DNA from: Octopus vulgaris
Taxonomy: Eukaryota
Direction of reading: 5' to 3'
DNA length: 64,000 bases
Assembly: GCA_951406725.2 (NCBI GenBank)
Contig: OX597832.1
Span: forward strand, 14,198,001-14,262,000
Positions 13,806 through 27,915 of the stretch are shown here, one piece after another (positions within the stretch are counted from its first letter, which is position 1; each line of letters opens with the position of its first letter). The translations under genes were made by a program, and so were the position numbers. The notes below the pieces were generated by a model. That model saw nothing but the letters and a program-made list of their open reading frames with translations. It searched no databases and was not told the DNA's origin.

Positions 13806-14533
13806 GACCAAAGCCTCCCCACCAGAAATTACCAAAAACATGTAATGAAAAGAAATATTACAAGTAACTGCAGAATATGTGGAGATGGACAAGAAACAAT
13901 AAATCATATTATCTCTAGCTGCCCAGTCCTGGCTAAGAAGGAATATATTCACAGACATGACAGAGTTGGAACCTACATACATTGGAAGCTATGCCAACAT
14001 TATGGAATAACAACAGAAAAAAGATGGTATAGGCACACACCAGAAAAGGTCACAGAAAACGAGAAAGCAACCATACTCTGGGATATGCCGATACACACAG
14101 ATAGAGAAATTAAGGCCAACAGACCAGATATAGTTGTCAGAGATCATGAAGAAAAAAAATGCTTTCTAATTGATGTATCAATACCGGCAGATGAACAACG
14201 TGTCTCTAAAAGAAATGGAGAAACTCTCAAAATACAAAGACCTGGAAATAGAGGTAACTAGAATGTGGAACCTGAAAACAGAAACAATTCCTATCATAGT
14301 AGGTGCATTAGGCATGATAAAAAAATATTCAGACAAATACATAACAAAAACACCAGGAATTACAAACACATATAACATACAGAAAATTGCACTATTAGGC
14401 ACTGCACACATCCTACGCAGAACACTTTCCATACAATAACCATCAGAGCATCACAACAAATCACAGCACATACCCAAGGCACACAGAGCTGCGCTCGGTA
14501 GTGAAGTGAAAGCACGCTATAAAAATAAAACTA

Positions 14534-14536
<3 letters not shown>
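13806..14536 (+). mobile_element. R4/Dong-clade non-LTR retrotransposon, 5'-truncated, young
   Basis: CRICG..ETINHIISSC zinc knuckle, RHD, KANRPDIVV..LIDVSIP restriction-like endonuclease, KYKDL. Stop at 14439. Flanked by (AAT)n on both sides. One +1 frameshift near 14193. Confidence 0.93.
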
Positions 14537-14608
<72 letters not shown>

Positions 14609-14609
<1 letters not shown>

Positions 14610-15125
14610 CCCTGATGCAGTGCCAGGCAGTGATTCTCATGTCTTATGTTCTTAACGGGTTGGAAGTGTTACGATGTAAATATTTTGTCCTGGTATAAAA
14701 GATGGGCTACAGCAAATATTGTGATTGGTTGTCAGTTGTTTCACCTTCACCAGTTCAGCAAGCCTCTTAGACGCTGACGATTGGGCGAATCTCTGGTTAC
14801 GAGCAGAATTTGCGGGGGACCATCATAGTCATATGCTCATAGGGAATCCCAGGCGTCTGAATAATTCACCTCTGGGAACATGAGTGTTTCGTACCACATC
14901 CTTACACAAATCCTATTCAGGGACCTATTTTAGTGGAATAGCCCAATCGACCTGAAGAGAATTCAAACTGGGTGACACCTGCAAAGTCATGCGCTGTTTA
15001 TCTTCATTTGAAATCATAATTTTGCACATTATTGTTGCGATGCATGTGTCTAGTCTCACTTACCAGACGAGAAGTCATGATGGGTATACTGGGCTGCGTA
15101 TAATTTACCCAAGTGTCACTTTGAT
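14609..15125 (-). mobile_element. Degenerate LINE-derived repeat in opposite orientation, abutting the same (AAT)n tract
   Basis: Higher-complexity block between AAT tracts. A similar segment lies in opposite orientation near 43395-43450 (GGTTAAGGTCAAACAACT vs CAGTTGTTTCACCTTCACCAG). Clade uncertain. Confidence 0.45.
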
Positions 15126-15224
15126 CATAATAATACTCATAATAATAATGATGACAAAATCAACGGCGGCGATGATGATAATTGACCGGATGGAACAAAA
15201 CTTAAGTAGATAATTTGTGGGCAA

Positions 15225-16243
15225 ACAGCATCACTTCGGTATGGCGCTAGAATTATAAAATAGTAAAGGAGATAAATCAATAAAATGGATACCAAGACCA
15301 GAAATACGACCACTCTAAAAGTGATACGACAGGTTGTACGTGTCCACAAGAAATGATACGAGAGGTTTGACCAGGTGCCATGACTCTACCCAAGCAGAGA
15401 AAAAAACAGCTCCGGGTGGTATATTAAAAACATGCTGTGGAGCCTCTCTTGAAACACAAGAAAAATGCCGGAATTATCAAAATTGAATATTGGGAAATTA
15501 CGAATATTTTAAACAAGAAATAAAAAAGAAAAAATAAGAAGGCGCCGAGGGAAAAACATACACGTTCTGTTTGCATATTATATGAAATGCAGAATAGACA
15601 AGGCTACCGATAGTGACAAATGTAGGATGTGTGTTAAGAGGGACAAAACGGTATAGCACATCGTTAGCGAGTGCCCGAATTTGTAACAACGCAAATATAT
15701 GATACGCTATGGCAAATTCGCAAGTGTGATCCACTGGGACCTCTGTGAAAATCATGGCCTACAAACAGCAAAGACGATGTATGAATAAACCCCACAAGGA
15801 GTTACCAAGAATCAGAATTGCAAAATCCTGTGGGATACAATGATCCAGTACTATCACCTGACCAGAGATCGGAAATCATATATTGGCGTGGTGAATGAAA
15901 ACGAAAGATCATGCATGATAATCGACATATTATGGCCCGGTGAGAACAGGGTCAATGTGAAGGGAGAAAAAGACAACTATGACGATTTGCAGTGGGAAAT
16001 ACAAAGGTTGTAGTCAATGAGGAGACGAGAAGTGATACCAAAGTATCAGCACCCAACTACTAACATGGCTAAAAATAGATCAGCATAAGTGTGAAGGTAG
16101 AACACCTACATAAATCAGCTTGCTTGGAACTGCGAGAATTCTTCCCAGGTCTCTTGCAGCATCACCAGTAAACAAGTGTCGCCTTTGTCTGCTGGCTGTG
16201 GACAAGTGACACTTTCCATCATACCCAATAGAATAAGCTTTCA
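15225..16243 (+). mobile_element. Old, degenerate R4/Dong-clade fragment
   Basis: Decayed DKCRMC..TV*HIVSECP knuckle (~15615-15680), KILWD (~15822), LLGTARIL-like end (~16120-16140). Followed by (ACT)n/(AAT)n. Confidence 0.8.
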
Positions 16244-16251
16244 CTGTTCAT

Positions 16252-16388
16252 ATACTACTACTGCTGCTACTACTACTTCTACTACTACAACTACTACTAC
16301 TACTACTCCTCCTAACTTACTACTACTACTACTACTGCTACTACTACTACAACTGCTACTACTGCTACTAATACTACTACTACTACTG

Positions 16389-16421
<33 letters not shown>

Positions 16422-16575
16422 ATAATAATAATAATAATAATAATAATAAGATACATATTTTATCTGTGATTTTGCGTGTGTAAAATGGGAATGCATACAA
16501 TGAGCTTCTCTGTCCTAGGTGTATGGAAACCACCAGGCGAGAAACGGAAGAAAAATTGAAGAAAGAAGGAAAAAC

Positions 16576-16646
<71 letters not shown>

Positions 16647-16735
16647 GATGATGATGATCATGATGATGGTGATGATGACGATGATGATGACGACGATGAA
16701 GATTATGATGACGACGACGATGATCATGATGATAA
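16252..16735. repeat. (ACT)n, (AAT)n and (GAT)n trinucleotide tracts
   Basis: Direct reading. Confidence 0.95.
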
Positions 16736-17914
16736 GGGCAATGATTAATAACCAAAGATTTTCGAGAAGGTATACATAATTTTATATAGAATCTAATGAT
16801 TATAAAGTTAATTATACGAAAACAGTTTTTGTACAATGAGAAAAGAAAATATTTGTTGGCGTTTTCATATTATTTCTGTCTCAGCATATATCCAATTCAG
16901 ATGTAATAAAAAGATGTTGGCGTATTTATATAAGTCAAGGAAATGTGGAATAGACAGAATTTTATATATAGAGATTTATGAATATTTAAATTTCAATCTT
17001 TTTGAAACAGTTACGTGTCAAATATGTTGTAGCATCTTTCAAATTTATCTGACTGAAATATTGGTTGTTTTAAAGAAAATCTTTGAGCTTCAGGTGGCAA
17101 AATGCGTTAAAATATAACTAGATATAGTTGAAGAATACTATGAATATGAAATCGAAAATGAAATTTCCTGTTGAAATCAAAATATGAATTAAAAATTTAA
17201 AGAATTCAATAAATTATAAAAGAAAGAATCCGATAAGAAGAAAACGATACGATCATAGGTGAAAGATGCGGTTGAAGCACAAAACTTTAAAGAATAATAT
17301 TTATGAGGATTGTGCCGTTTTATAAATATGAAAAATAGATAATAAATATACTGGACAGTGCGAGTAAAGGCAAATATGTATACATGACGCAACATATATG
17401 TGTGTATGTGTGTGCGTGCATATGTGTGTGTGTGTGTTTGTGTATATATACGTTTACATATATGCAGATATACATATATATATGTGTGTGTGTGTATACA
17501 CGTTTATATATACGTATATCTCAATATACATATAATTATATGTATCCGCATGTATTAGTGTGTACCCGGTGGTAGGTGGGTATGCACATTTATGTCCAGT
17601 AGCACACTGATGCATACAAAAGAAAGTTTTACAGGTATAAATTCAACTAAGTACTCAGAGTCCCTTTGTCGCTCTGATGTAGTAACTCATACTAGTAATT
17701 CATGCGCTTACATATACACAAATTTACAAGCTTGTAAACACGGCGATTCTCTCCTCTCATTCGGAGCATGTTTTCGATCAGCTAACGACGTCCTTATTAT
17801 TTCAACGTGTGGATTGTCAAGTGTTAAAAACACATATATGTCAATTCGAATTTCTGTTACTGAATACGATACTTACCGAATTTTAAATTGCACTCGAAAC
17901 CAGTCTTATCTACA

Positions 17915-18310
17915 TATATGTGGTGGTTTTAGATAATTCCAGGATTTGTTCTGTAAACGCTTCATCAGATCCTGCACACGGTAGCGTGAGCTGTCAGAAT
18001 TAGCTGTGACAGTCATGAGGCCGTGAGGCGAGTGACATCATTGTGTTTATTTCTCAAGTTGTAAAATTTCTGCTTTTGCCATCACATGTATGGTGCAGTC
18101 TGCGATTATTTGTCAGGAGCAGGAAGACGGAACAAAGAACCAAAATGAAAATTTTGCGTTAAATTTGGGAAGTCTTCTACAGAGACCTTGAGCATGCTTA
18201 TGCAAGCTTACGGCAACAAGACAATGAATCGTATGTATAGCTTAGTGGTACAGGTGCTTCTAAAACGGAAGAAAGTCCCTGGAATGAGACGAGCAGTCTG
18301 GAAAATACGA
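17915..18310 (+). mobile_element. Mariner 5' fragment (HTH region)
   Basis: EQRTKMK-FCVKFGKSSTETLSMLMQAYG...GRKSLE..E.SG decayed N-terminus at 18128-18305. Confidence 0.75.
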
Positions 18311-18479
18311 GAGTCACTCCCTGGTAGGTGAAAACAATTCATCAGCTTGGGGCATGAGGTTTATCGGAGGAAAATCCGTGATATATCGTACGTTATTGAT
18401 CTGTCGGATGGGACCGTGCAGTCCTAGCGTCTGGAATGTTCCTGACGACAATGCACTCTGTTGTCGGGATTTCCTCACA

Positions 18480-19520
18480 CGCATGTTTCTCGCCAAAAAC
18501 TACATGCTATCACTCCTTATTAAGTGACGTTGGATGTTAATACTCGTAGCAAGGCCACAGACGTAGCAGAAAAAAATTGATGTAATTCTCAGAAAAGCGG
18601 TCAGGTATCTAGAGCGGAGAAAAGTGCTGACCATTGAGATTGTAGAGAGGCCACTAGCATTTTGGGACTCTGAATATTCTCTCTTATGTCCAGATTTTCT
18701 GTATTTCTTGGCAGTAGGCGAGTGTGGATCTGGAGGCTCTGTGATCACTAATTCGATACGAAGAGATTGTAGCAAACAATGAAACACGGCAGGTATTTGA
18801 ATCTATTCATTCATACGTTCTAATTATGTAATATTATGTTGACATGTCCTTTGCATTTTTTAGCTCAAGTATCATATTAGGCATGATAGTGATCAGTTGA
18901 ATATTCCCTTGCGGAGTTTCTTGCCAACTTTCATGCAGTTATCTCTAAAGATCTGGCTTTCAAGATGAATGTATAAATTTATATACCTGTCGTATTTCAT
19001 TGTTTGCTGCAATTTCTTCGTATCGAATTAGTGATCACAGAGCCTCCAGATCCACACTCGACTACTGCCAAGAAATACAGAAAATCTGGACATAAGAGAA
19101 AATGCTATGTCGAACAATTTGGAGCAATGTTTCATCAGAGCTGGTGGAGTTTCAGGGAAACATAAAAATGTGTTGGTATTGCAGAAAGAACCCCTTCTAA
19201 ACTTCTGCAGTGGTGAAATGATTAAAGAACAGTCTTTATGGAAGATGATGCTCCTTCGCACAAGGCTAAAATGACCCGAGATTTGTTCGATGAGAATGAC
19301 ATTAAATAGCTTCCACGACCAAGCCAGTCACCAGATATGAACCCTAGTGGACACTTCCGGGCCATAATGGACAAAAACAGTGCATAAAAAGAGCGAGGAA
19401 GCATCTTGAAAGCCAGATCTTTTGCGATAACGGCATGAAACTTGGCAAGGGAATATTCAACTGATCACTATCATGCCTAATATGATACTTGAGTTGAAAA
19501 ATGCAAAGGACATGTCTTTT
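18480..19520 (+). mobile_element. Degenerate Tc1 (DD34E-type) transposon with internal inverted duplication
   Basis: FMEDDAPSHKAKMTRDLFDENDIK*LPRPSQSPDMNP at ~19235-19345 resembles FQQDNAPCH..WPSQSPDLNPIE. SMP..AKG-like end at ~19470-19510. Confidence 0.8.
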
Positions 19521-19628
19521 TAATATTAAATAATTGGGAGTTATAAACTCAGATTTCAATAACTTTTAATGATTATATGTGTGTATATTTACTTCTATCA
19601 TGTCTCTCTGTACGTGTATATGCATACA

Positions 19629-19872
<244 letters not shown>

Positions 19873-20748
19873 CACAGACACACATTCATTCATTCACACA
19901 AGCGCACGCACACGCGTACGTATTAGATTCCCGAGCATATTCGATGCATTGCGCATCGAATGACGATAATTGTGCTAAGGGCGTCAAAGCTTTCATGTTA
20001 TATACGTAATTTCTCTTGTCATATTCTAGGATGTGCAAATTCGCAACATTACTTTTTATCAATATTACTACTTACACTTTGATCCAAATGACACCGTGTG
20101 ACTTGACACAATTTTCCCAGTCTATCGATTTTTCCCTCTAGTTTGAAAGAATCATGTATCAGTGTTTTGGTTTGAAATTGCCAAGTATCATTTTTTCACT
20201 GGTAACACATGCACAACTACAATTCACAAAAGTAATTCCGTGCTTTGCCTTTTATGCATGTATGGTGGAAAGTCATAGTATCCGTGTTGTTAACAACAAA
20301 CAAAATCGCTAGCTGTTTGGATAATACTGATGTATTATTGGAATTCTCATTGATATTATTTTTTTCTATTAAAACATTCGTGTCTTAGCGCGTACTACTT
20401 CCTTTTCTCATTTGGTTTTTCTTCCTTCTATAATAAGATGCTTAAGAATTTGATTCCTCATTTTTTTAGGGTTATGTGTAGAATATTCGTGGCCGTTTCG
20501 TCCATCCGTGTATAGGAAAAGAAAAAGAGAAATATCGTTTGTGTACAGATTATACATCAACATTTTATCAAGGTCTTGAAAAGGGCGAGATTCTAAACGT
20601 CACAGTGATCAACGAAACTGCAAAAGGAAATGCACAATATTGCATGCAGTTGTAAGCGGCAAATTTCGTTCCTTTATAGGGAAAATTGTGAGCAATTTTC
20701 TCCATTTCATGGCGACGAAGTTGATGATGATGATGGCAATGGTGTTGC

Positions 20749-20802
<54 letters not shown>

Positions 20803-20840
20803 CAACAACAACAACAAACAACAACAGCAACAACAATAAC

Positions 20841-20919
<79 letters not shown>

Positions 20920-20920
20920 T
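20749..20920. repeat. (AAT)n/(AAC)n microsatellite
   Basis: Direct reading. Confidence 0.98.
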
Positions 20921-23900
20921 TAAGAATCAGGATATCAAAAGGAATAACAACAGAGGCAGGGGCCGCAAGAACAAGAAGAAAATGTACTTTAGAAATTCCG
21001 GGCTTGGTATTCAACAAAACATTCCTTACTACGTCATATAAACCAGACGAAGAACTGAATGAGTCACTGAATCATATCATAAGCGATGATCCACGTGAAC
21101 GCCCTATCAAGCAACAAAGGAATAAGTACTTTTTTAAAAGAATACAATTATAAAATTGTTTTGCAAAAAATAAAAACGGTAATCCTGCTTATCCTAATAT
21201 AAAGAAGTTGAATTTTGAATCCCTCAAGCACTGATATTATCGTGGGTATCCAGGCTTGACGTAAATCTAAACCTAAATTTCGAATGAAAATTGGGAATAT
21301 TGTATAATGCATAAATTTGAACAAAATAATACTCGTGCTTAGCGATGCATTTAAGAAGCATTCAAAATAGAAAGGGAAAACTGTAAAGGTTCGAAACAAC
21401 GGGGTAGTCCAGTTATGCACAATAGACGCTTTGAAAATCGTGAATGCTAAAATTGAACAAAAGAAAACGCTCTTGCTTATTGAAATAGTCAAGAAGCATC
21501 GAAAGTAGAAAGAGAAAACTGGAAAGGAAGATGCTTTGTAAGGTAATAAGAGATCGAAGCAACGGGTTATTTCCCTTCTGCAAAATAGACTCTTTGAAAA
21601 ACACGTATGCTTCAAAGAAAAGAATTTAAAAAATTCACAGAGATATCAATAAGTAAGAACACAAATATGTAAACTCGCACAATTCGCAATCCAGATTTAT
21701 CAAAAAGACAAATGTATATATGATGGAATGTCAGTATACAAAATTGCAATATACAAAAAGAAACTAAACGAAATAGGGAAAGCAAGAAACGATTAGATAA
21801 AGGCATAATAATTCTATGTCAACTAACGATAAATTCTTTGACATACTAAGAACTAAGATCAAGAAGAAATAATATGCATTTTGAAGGTATCTAATTTCTT
21901 GACAGAGCAGTTTCAAATAATATACAAAACGCGAACTAACAGGTAATTGAAATCCAGAGTATACATCCGATCCAAGTATACCAATGTCCCACAGAGTTAT
22001 CTAAATACTTGCTCACAATATTGCTTTTGTAGTCACATTATACACCAGATTATTTTTTCAGTAGGTGAATACTAAACTGTAAGGAGCTGCTACTCAAAGA
22101 AGATGGCAAAAACAGAAGAGCCAAGATTCATAATGGCTTTAACTGAAACCCGAAAAAAGTCGATAGCACTCCTGTCTCATGTGTACAGAAGACTGGGAGG
22201 AATCAAGAAAAAAATGAAGAAAGAAAAGATATTTCAGCTCTAGTGGAATATGTCAGTTATGCTTCGTGTCAATCAAGACCGGATGTATTAACACGGGTCG
22301 AAAAAACATCGAACCACACATGATCCGCACCCTACTATATGTCCCTCTCGTAAGGTCTAAGCGGTGCGATCATTCTATGAAAATTTGCCTCGCTTTCAGT
22401 GAACGGAAGGTATATGTCTAACATAATAATGAATAGCTAAACCTGCTAAAACCTAACTAGGGTAATCCAAGGCATAACTTTGAGTAGAGAATTATACAAA
22501 TATACCAGTGCTATTGATAATGAAACCAAAACTACGGTGAATCGACTCTATCAAAATAACATTACACAAGACATTGATCATTACATTCTCGTCTTGGTAT
22601 ACATATCGATATTTACTTCAAATTTTGTTGTTTCTTCTGTCTCAGTTTGGCTGATAATTTCTTTTGTTCAGTGTAAAGAGAAACTATTTTAACCATTAAA
22701 CTTTGAAAGTAAAATAGAAAAAAATGTAATATCATATCTTTTAAACATCAAACATGTTATCTCTCTAGTTCCTGTAGGAGGGAGGCATTACAAAGCATTT
22801 AGTGAGAGACTCCGTTTGAAATAATGACAACATTGAAAAATAAGAACTTTATACTTCAAAACTATTGAAATATATGTTGTTTAGAAAAATGAAATTAAAA
22901 CAATACAACATGGACATCAAAAATAGAAACAGCAGCAACAAAACAGAAACGATGATTATGTGGACGGTCATGCTGCTCGATTTAAGCTATACATTCATTA
23001 TTTTGGGCTATCATAGTGTGCAGAAATTTTCGCAGTGAGAAAAGCTAGTATTTTTTTAAAAATCCTATCTATGAAGTCTTTCTGCATGTTAATCTCATTG
23101 TCGTGAATATCGATATATATAAAACTTTAAAATATTCAAAATTCCCATATTCCAATACGCAGGAAAATGCAGTTTTATATTCTTGTTAACGTTGATCGCA
23201 TTCATTATCTTGTATGATAGTGTATATGAATCTACATTATTAATTTTAGCGTAACCATTTCAATATCATTTTTTATGGTGATCATGTCAAATGCAATTCT
23301 TTAGAGTAATCCAGATGTAAATGTATGCGTTGTAACGTGTATGCACTAAACATGGACTGTTGTATGTAGCCTGAAAATTTAAACTTCTCAGAATAAAGAC
23401 ATTTCGCTTTTCATCCACCCACTCGCCCGATACATATTCGCTTTATGTAGATTTATATTTGTGTCCGATCAATTTGATTCTCAGCACATGTTTATATTTG
23501 TTTCAAAGATGCAGTATTGAAAATATATACTCATGCCTGCGAGGAGATGCATTCTGAATTTACGATATATGTATCAAAAAGCATTGATCTCTTGAATGTA
23601 TGTAAACATTTGAATCCAACCATTTAAGTGTTTGAAAATTTAGCTTAAATGTTACTAGAAAGCATATTGCCCAGAAGTATGGCTAAGTCTATGTAGTAGA
23701 TAACACAATGTTACGTATGGTAAGCTTATATCGCATATGTACTGAAAGAGAACATTGATTGTTACAAGTTAGAGATAGTTTTGAAACTATATCAATGAGC
23801 GTACATATTCGATGTTATTTCATTTCATTGATTTAGTATTTCTTTACCATTGTATTAAATATTCCTTTTGAGCCTCATATTTTTATTTTTGAAATATTTC

Positions 23901-24002
23901 CCTCAAGAAATAACACGCATACATAGGCACAGACTATTTCTTCAGGCATTCTTTTAACATTATCATAATGTAATATCAATCAACAAAATTAGTATTTGTG
24001 CA

Positions 24003-24409
24003 GGGTCTTTTCGGTTTGAACGGCAGCTTTTAACATAATTTCTAAGTAACTAAAAAAGTTTAAACTTCGTATACTGGTAGAATGTGTTTATAAAACATCT
24101 TTTTCTCTTAGATTTATTGAGAAAATTCTATACTTTTTAATATAAATGGTGTTTTGTCTTCAAGTTCTGCAATTTCAACCAATCAAATACGTCTACTGTG
24201 GTAAAATATATTCTGTGCCGTATGAATATGTCCCTTGTTTAAGACGCAGATTGGGTTTATTTACATTTGTGAAGAAAAAAAGATGCCCTTCCCTACTCCT
24301 AACCCTAAAACAGATTGAAATGCAATAGATCGATACTAGGGTCATAATTATGGGTAACAATTTCATATGACACCGCTAGAAAAAACTGCCGTTCAAACCG
24401 AAATGATCC
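24003..24409. mobile_element. MITE with ~27-bp TIRs and 8-bp TSD
   Basis: Left GGGTCTTTTCGGTTTGAACGGCAGCTTTT; right reverse complement GGATCATTTCGGTTTGAACGGCAGTTTTT. Flanks TTTGTGCA (23995-24002) and TTTGTACA (24410-24417). Confidence 0.88.
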
Positions 24410-25599
24410 TTTGTACAAAATAATAAGGTTCATATTAACTAAACATGTTAGATATTTCATGTTATAGTAGTAGACTAGTATTGCACTGTTAGCTATTGCT
24501 TTCGTCTTACGATAATGCGATTTTCAGCAGAAACAGTGGAAGTAGTAATCTACAACTTTCTATTATTGATTGCGCTTCCACTTGCAAATCAATAATCTGT
24601 GTAAATGAAATGAAGTTAAATTAAAATAATAAATATAATTAAGATAAGAAAAGAAAATTAAAACGCTGAAGTAAAACAGAAATCTGAAATAATTTTTTTC
24701 AAAAAAAAAAAAAACAAAAAATAGAATTAAAACATTTCGAAATGGAAATAAGATAACGATGTAAAGAAGCACAGAAAATTGAAAATTGAAAAAAAATACC
24801 GAAAAAAAAAGGCATAATTCATTATCATCTTTATTAATGTGAATTGGGAAGGAAAATAATTTGACAAGCTTTGAGAAAAACGAGTTTCGAATACAGTAAA
24901 ACGAAAACAAATAATATTTTTTTCCTAAATAATATCAATTAAAATATCACGAAAACAAAATAGGCAGTCTGTATAAAAAGAAAAATTACGGAAAAGACAA
25001 TGAGAGAGCAACGAAAATCACAGAGAATTAGAAATAAAAATTGTTGAAGGTTACGCAATTGTTATATTTCCTTCTATTTTCGTGTAGGCATATCAATTAT
25101 TTATTTGTTTTTGGAACAAAGTTTAAAAAGATGTTTCGACTCTTCACCTATACCTTGAAAGAATGAAAAACAATTTGAAACAGTTTAATGTGTTAATATA
25201 TGGGCGAAATTCATGCATTGCGATTAATGGATATATCCGTCCGTGTGGATGTGTATCTATGAGATACGTATGTAGCTATGTATGTATTTTTCCTAGGTAT
25301 GTGGGTGTATCTGATTATTTTCTATAGGAACATCAAAATTTTCTTCTAGTTAATATTTGCTGCTCACCTTGTAAATTTGTGGAACGTGTTCATATGTTCT
25401 CGTCAGGTTCTTCAACTTCGTTGAAGTATTACTAGTGGTCATCACATATGAGTGTACGTTAAGTTGTGGACATTACATGGCAGAGATATGCTTTTGGTTT
25501 TGATGAGTGTAGTGGCACTTCAAACTAACTCAAGTCGTTAGCCTAAAATTATTTTCAGCCATCCCTTTCATGCTACCTAATCTGCTGTTGTTCATTTGG

Positions 25600-25935
25600 A
25601 TGTCGAGATATTCGCTGTTTCATTTCAATTTCGTGGAAGATGAAAGGCAAAGTTGACCTCGAAATTCTACTTAATATTTTACTCGGTGTGCAAAAGTTTC
25701 AACCATCTCACCGTTCTCAATTCAAAATGAATTTTGGCACAACATCAGCTGTTTTGGAAAAGGGCTGAGTCGATTACAACGGCCTCAGTACTCAACTGGT
25801 ATTATTATATCTACCCCGAAATGATGAGATAGAAAGTCGACATCTGCAGAATTTGAAGTCAAAACTTGAAGACGGACGAAATTATGCTGGGCAGTTTACC
25901 CGGTATGCTAACGTATTCCTCAGTATGCTGACTTG
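25600..25935 (-). mobile_element. Degenerate Nin/Deu-domain SINE remnants
   Basis: GATGAAAGGCAAAGTTGACCTCG and CAACTGGTATT..AAAGTCGAC..GAATTTGAA match the reverse complement of the 10957 SINE. Confidence 0.65.
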
Positions 25936-25949
25936 TATTTAATATTCTG

Positions 25950-26282
25950 GAAGCGCCCCTTCGTTCATGAATGACCATGGGATTGCACCTAGAAAGTTAC
26001 CCTCCGAGGTGCATATCCGGGCAAGGTTGTTTATGGAAAACCAGCAGTTGCCCATGCATACCAGCCTCCCCTCTCCACGCTACCAGTTTTATCCAAGGAA
26101 AAGACAAAGGCCAATACAGCTTGGCACCAGTGATGTCGCAACTAATTTCTACAGCTGAGTGAACAAGAGCAACGTGAAATAAAGTGTCTTGCTCAAGAAC
26201 ACAAGACGCAGCCCGGTCTGGGCATCGAACTCACAACCTCACGATCGTAAGTTCGACGCTCTAACCACTGAACCATGCACTT
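25950..26282 (-). mobile_element. tRNA-derived SINE with Meta/CORE-like central domain
   Basis: Minus strand TGGTTCAGTGGTTAGAGCG (A box) and GAGTTCGATGCC (B box), then TGTGTTCTTGAGCAAGACACTTTATTTCAC. Confidence 0.88.
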
Positions 26283-26317
26283 TCACGAATTTAATATTAA
26301 TATTAGATATTTCACCC

Positions 26318-26520
26318 CAAGGCGGCTAGCTTGCAGAATCGTAATCACATTGAGCAAAATGCTCAGCTGCGGTTGTTCGGCTTTAAGCTCTGAGATCAAA
26401 TACTACCGAGTTCGATTTGCATTTCATCCGTTTTGGAGTAGTTAAAATAAATACCAGTTAAGAACTGATGTCGATGTAATCGATTTACATCCCACTGAAA
26501 AATTGCTGGCTCTGAGTTAA
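26318..26520 (+). mobile_element. Degenerate Nin/Deu-domain SINE
   Basis: AAGGCGGCTAGCTTGCAGAATCG..CCGAGTTCGATTTGCATTTCATCC..ACCAGTT..GTCGATGTAATCGA, collinear with the 10957 copy. Confidence 0.75.
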
Positions 26521-27286
26521 AAAAATTTAATCAATATTAAATACTTACTGCTTTGAAAATGTTCGATACAATGTATCAAAATAGATAGGGTGATGTAATC
26601 TCAATCTACATCTATTGCGTATGGGACAAGAATTTGGACCTTAACCCAGGCAAAATTAAATTAGAAGGAAAATTAGAAGGTTTGAAAAAAAATTATATAT
26701 ATATATATATATATTATAGAATTAAAGAAAATAAACAAAATTTTTGAAACATGGCATAAATGAATTATCGTTTATCAGAGGTGAATAGGGTTTACAAGGC
26801 AAATACTAATACCTAAAACAAAAATGAATTGAGAAATGAAAGTGGGGTATAAAATGAGTATGAATAAGCATAAGAATTTAAAAGATATTTAAAACCACAT
26901 GGAAAAAGGAGGATTTATATGACAATAATTTAATTTATGGAAGACAGAAGCGAGGCTAAACTAATTAGTAATGTTTGAATTTCGAAGATAAATGGTGGAA
27001 CGCTGTAAGCATCGAAATGATTTGGTTTCTGAAATACTTGACAAGAGAACGATACTTGTAAAGTACATGAAATATGAAAATCAGCACGAAATATGTAGTT
27101 GAGGTATGTATAAATACTACTGTATAAATTCAGGGTGGTTATGGAGGAAAGGTCATCCATATTGTTAACTATGCTCTGTAAGGCATTTCAACAATACTTG
27201 GTAACGAACGTAAACTGGAATAGCGGTGCAGGATTTATGCAATTTGAAACGAGAAAAATATTTTTCTATTCAATATGTATGTATAC

Positions 27287-27291
27287 ATATC

Positions 27292-27381
<90 letters not shown>

Positions 27382-27390
27382 CGAACCTAC

Positions 27391-27429
<39 letters not shown>

Positions 27430-27430
27430 C

Positions 27431-27461
<31 letters not shown>

Positions 27462-27495
27462 CATATCTATCTATCAGTCTATCTATATCTCTATA
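27287..27495. repeat. (TATC)n microsatellite
   Basis: Direct reading. Confidence 0.98.
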
Positions 27496-27659
27496 TATAT
27501 GCATGTATGTATGTGTGCGTATATAAATATGTATTTGTGTGTATGTATATAGACATATATGGACATGCATACACACATACATGGAAAATACACAGAGCTA
27601 TGTTATATTAATGCTCTCTTAGACAAGAGATGTTTTCTATGCAGCATTTAATTACACGC

Positions 27660-27915
27660 CTAGGGTCTCGAAGTAATCTGCAGGCTCTGAGGACACGGCC
27701 TACACAAGTTAAATATCAGGACGATAGATCGACAATAATCCAAAGGCAAAACAAATGGAATGCGAATGCAAAACAGGAAGGGAGAAAGTAATGGAGGATT
27801 AGGATTTTGGCTCCTTTGACCGTAAAGCCATGAAGCAAATTGGTATAGACTCATCGGAGTGGGGATTACACCTGCGATATAGACACCGTAATCACAGAAG
27901 GTGGTCTTATCCAAT
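27660..27915 (+). mobile_element. Possible decayed RTE-clade LINE 3' end
   Basis: KAMKQIGIDSSEW-like segment at ~27824-27865 resembles the RTE C-terminal K..MK..GI....WE..A.DR motif. Confidence 0.4.

Noticed and set aside
20990-22500. A-rich stretch that may be a very old LINE
   Set aside because: No diagnostic motif could be read
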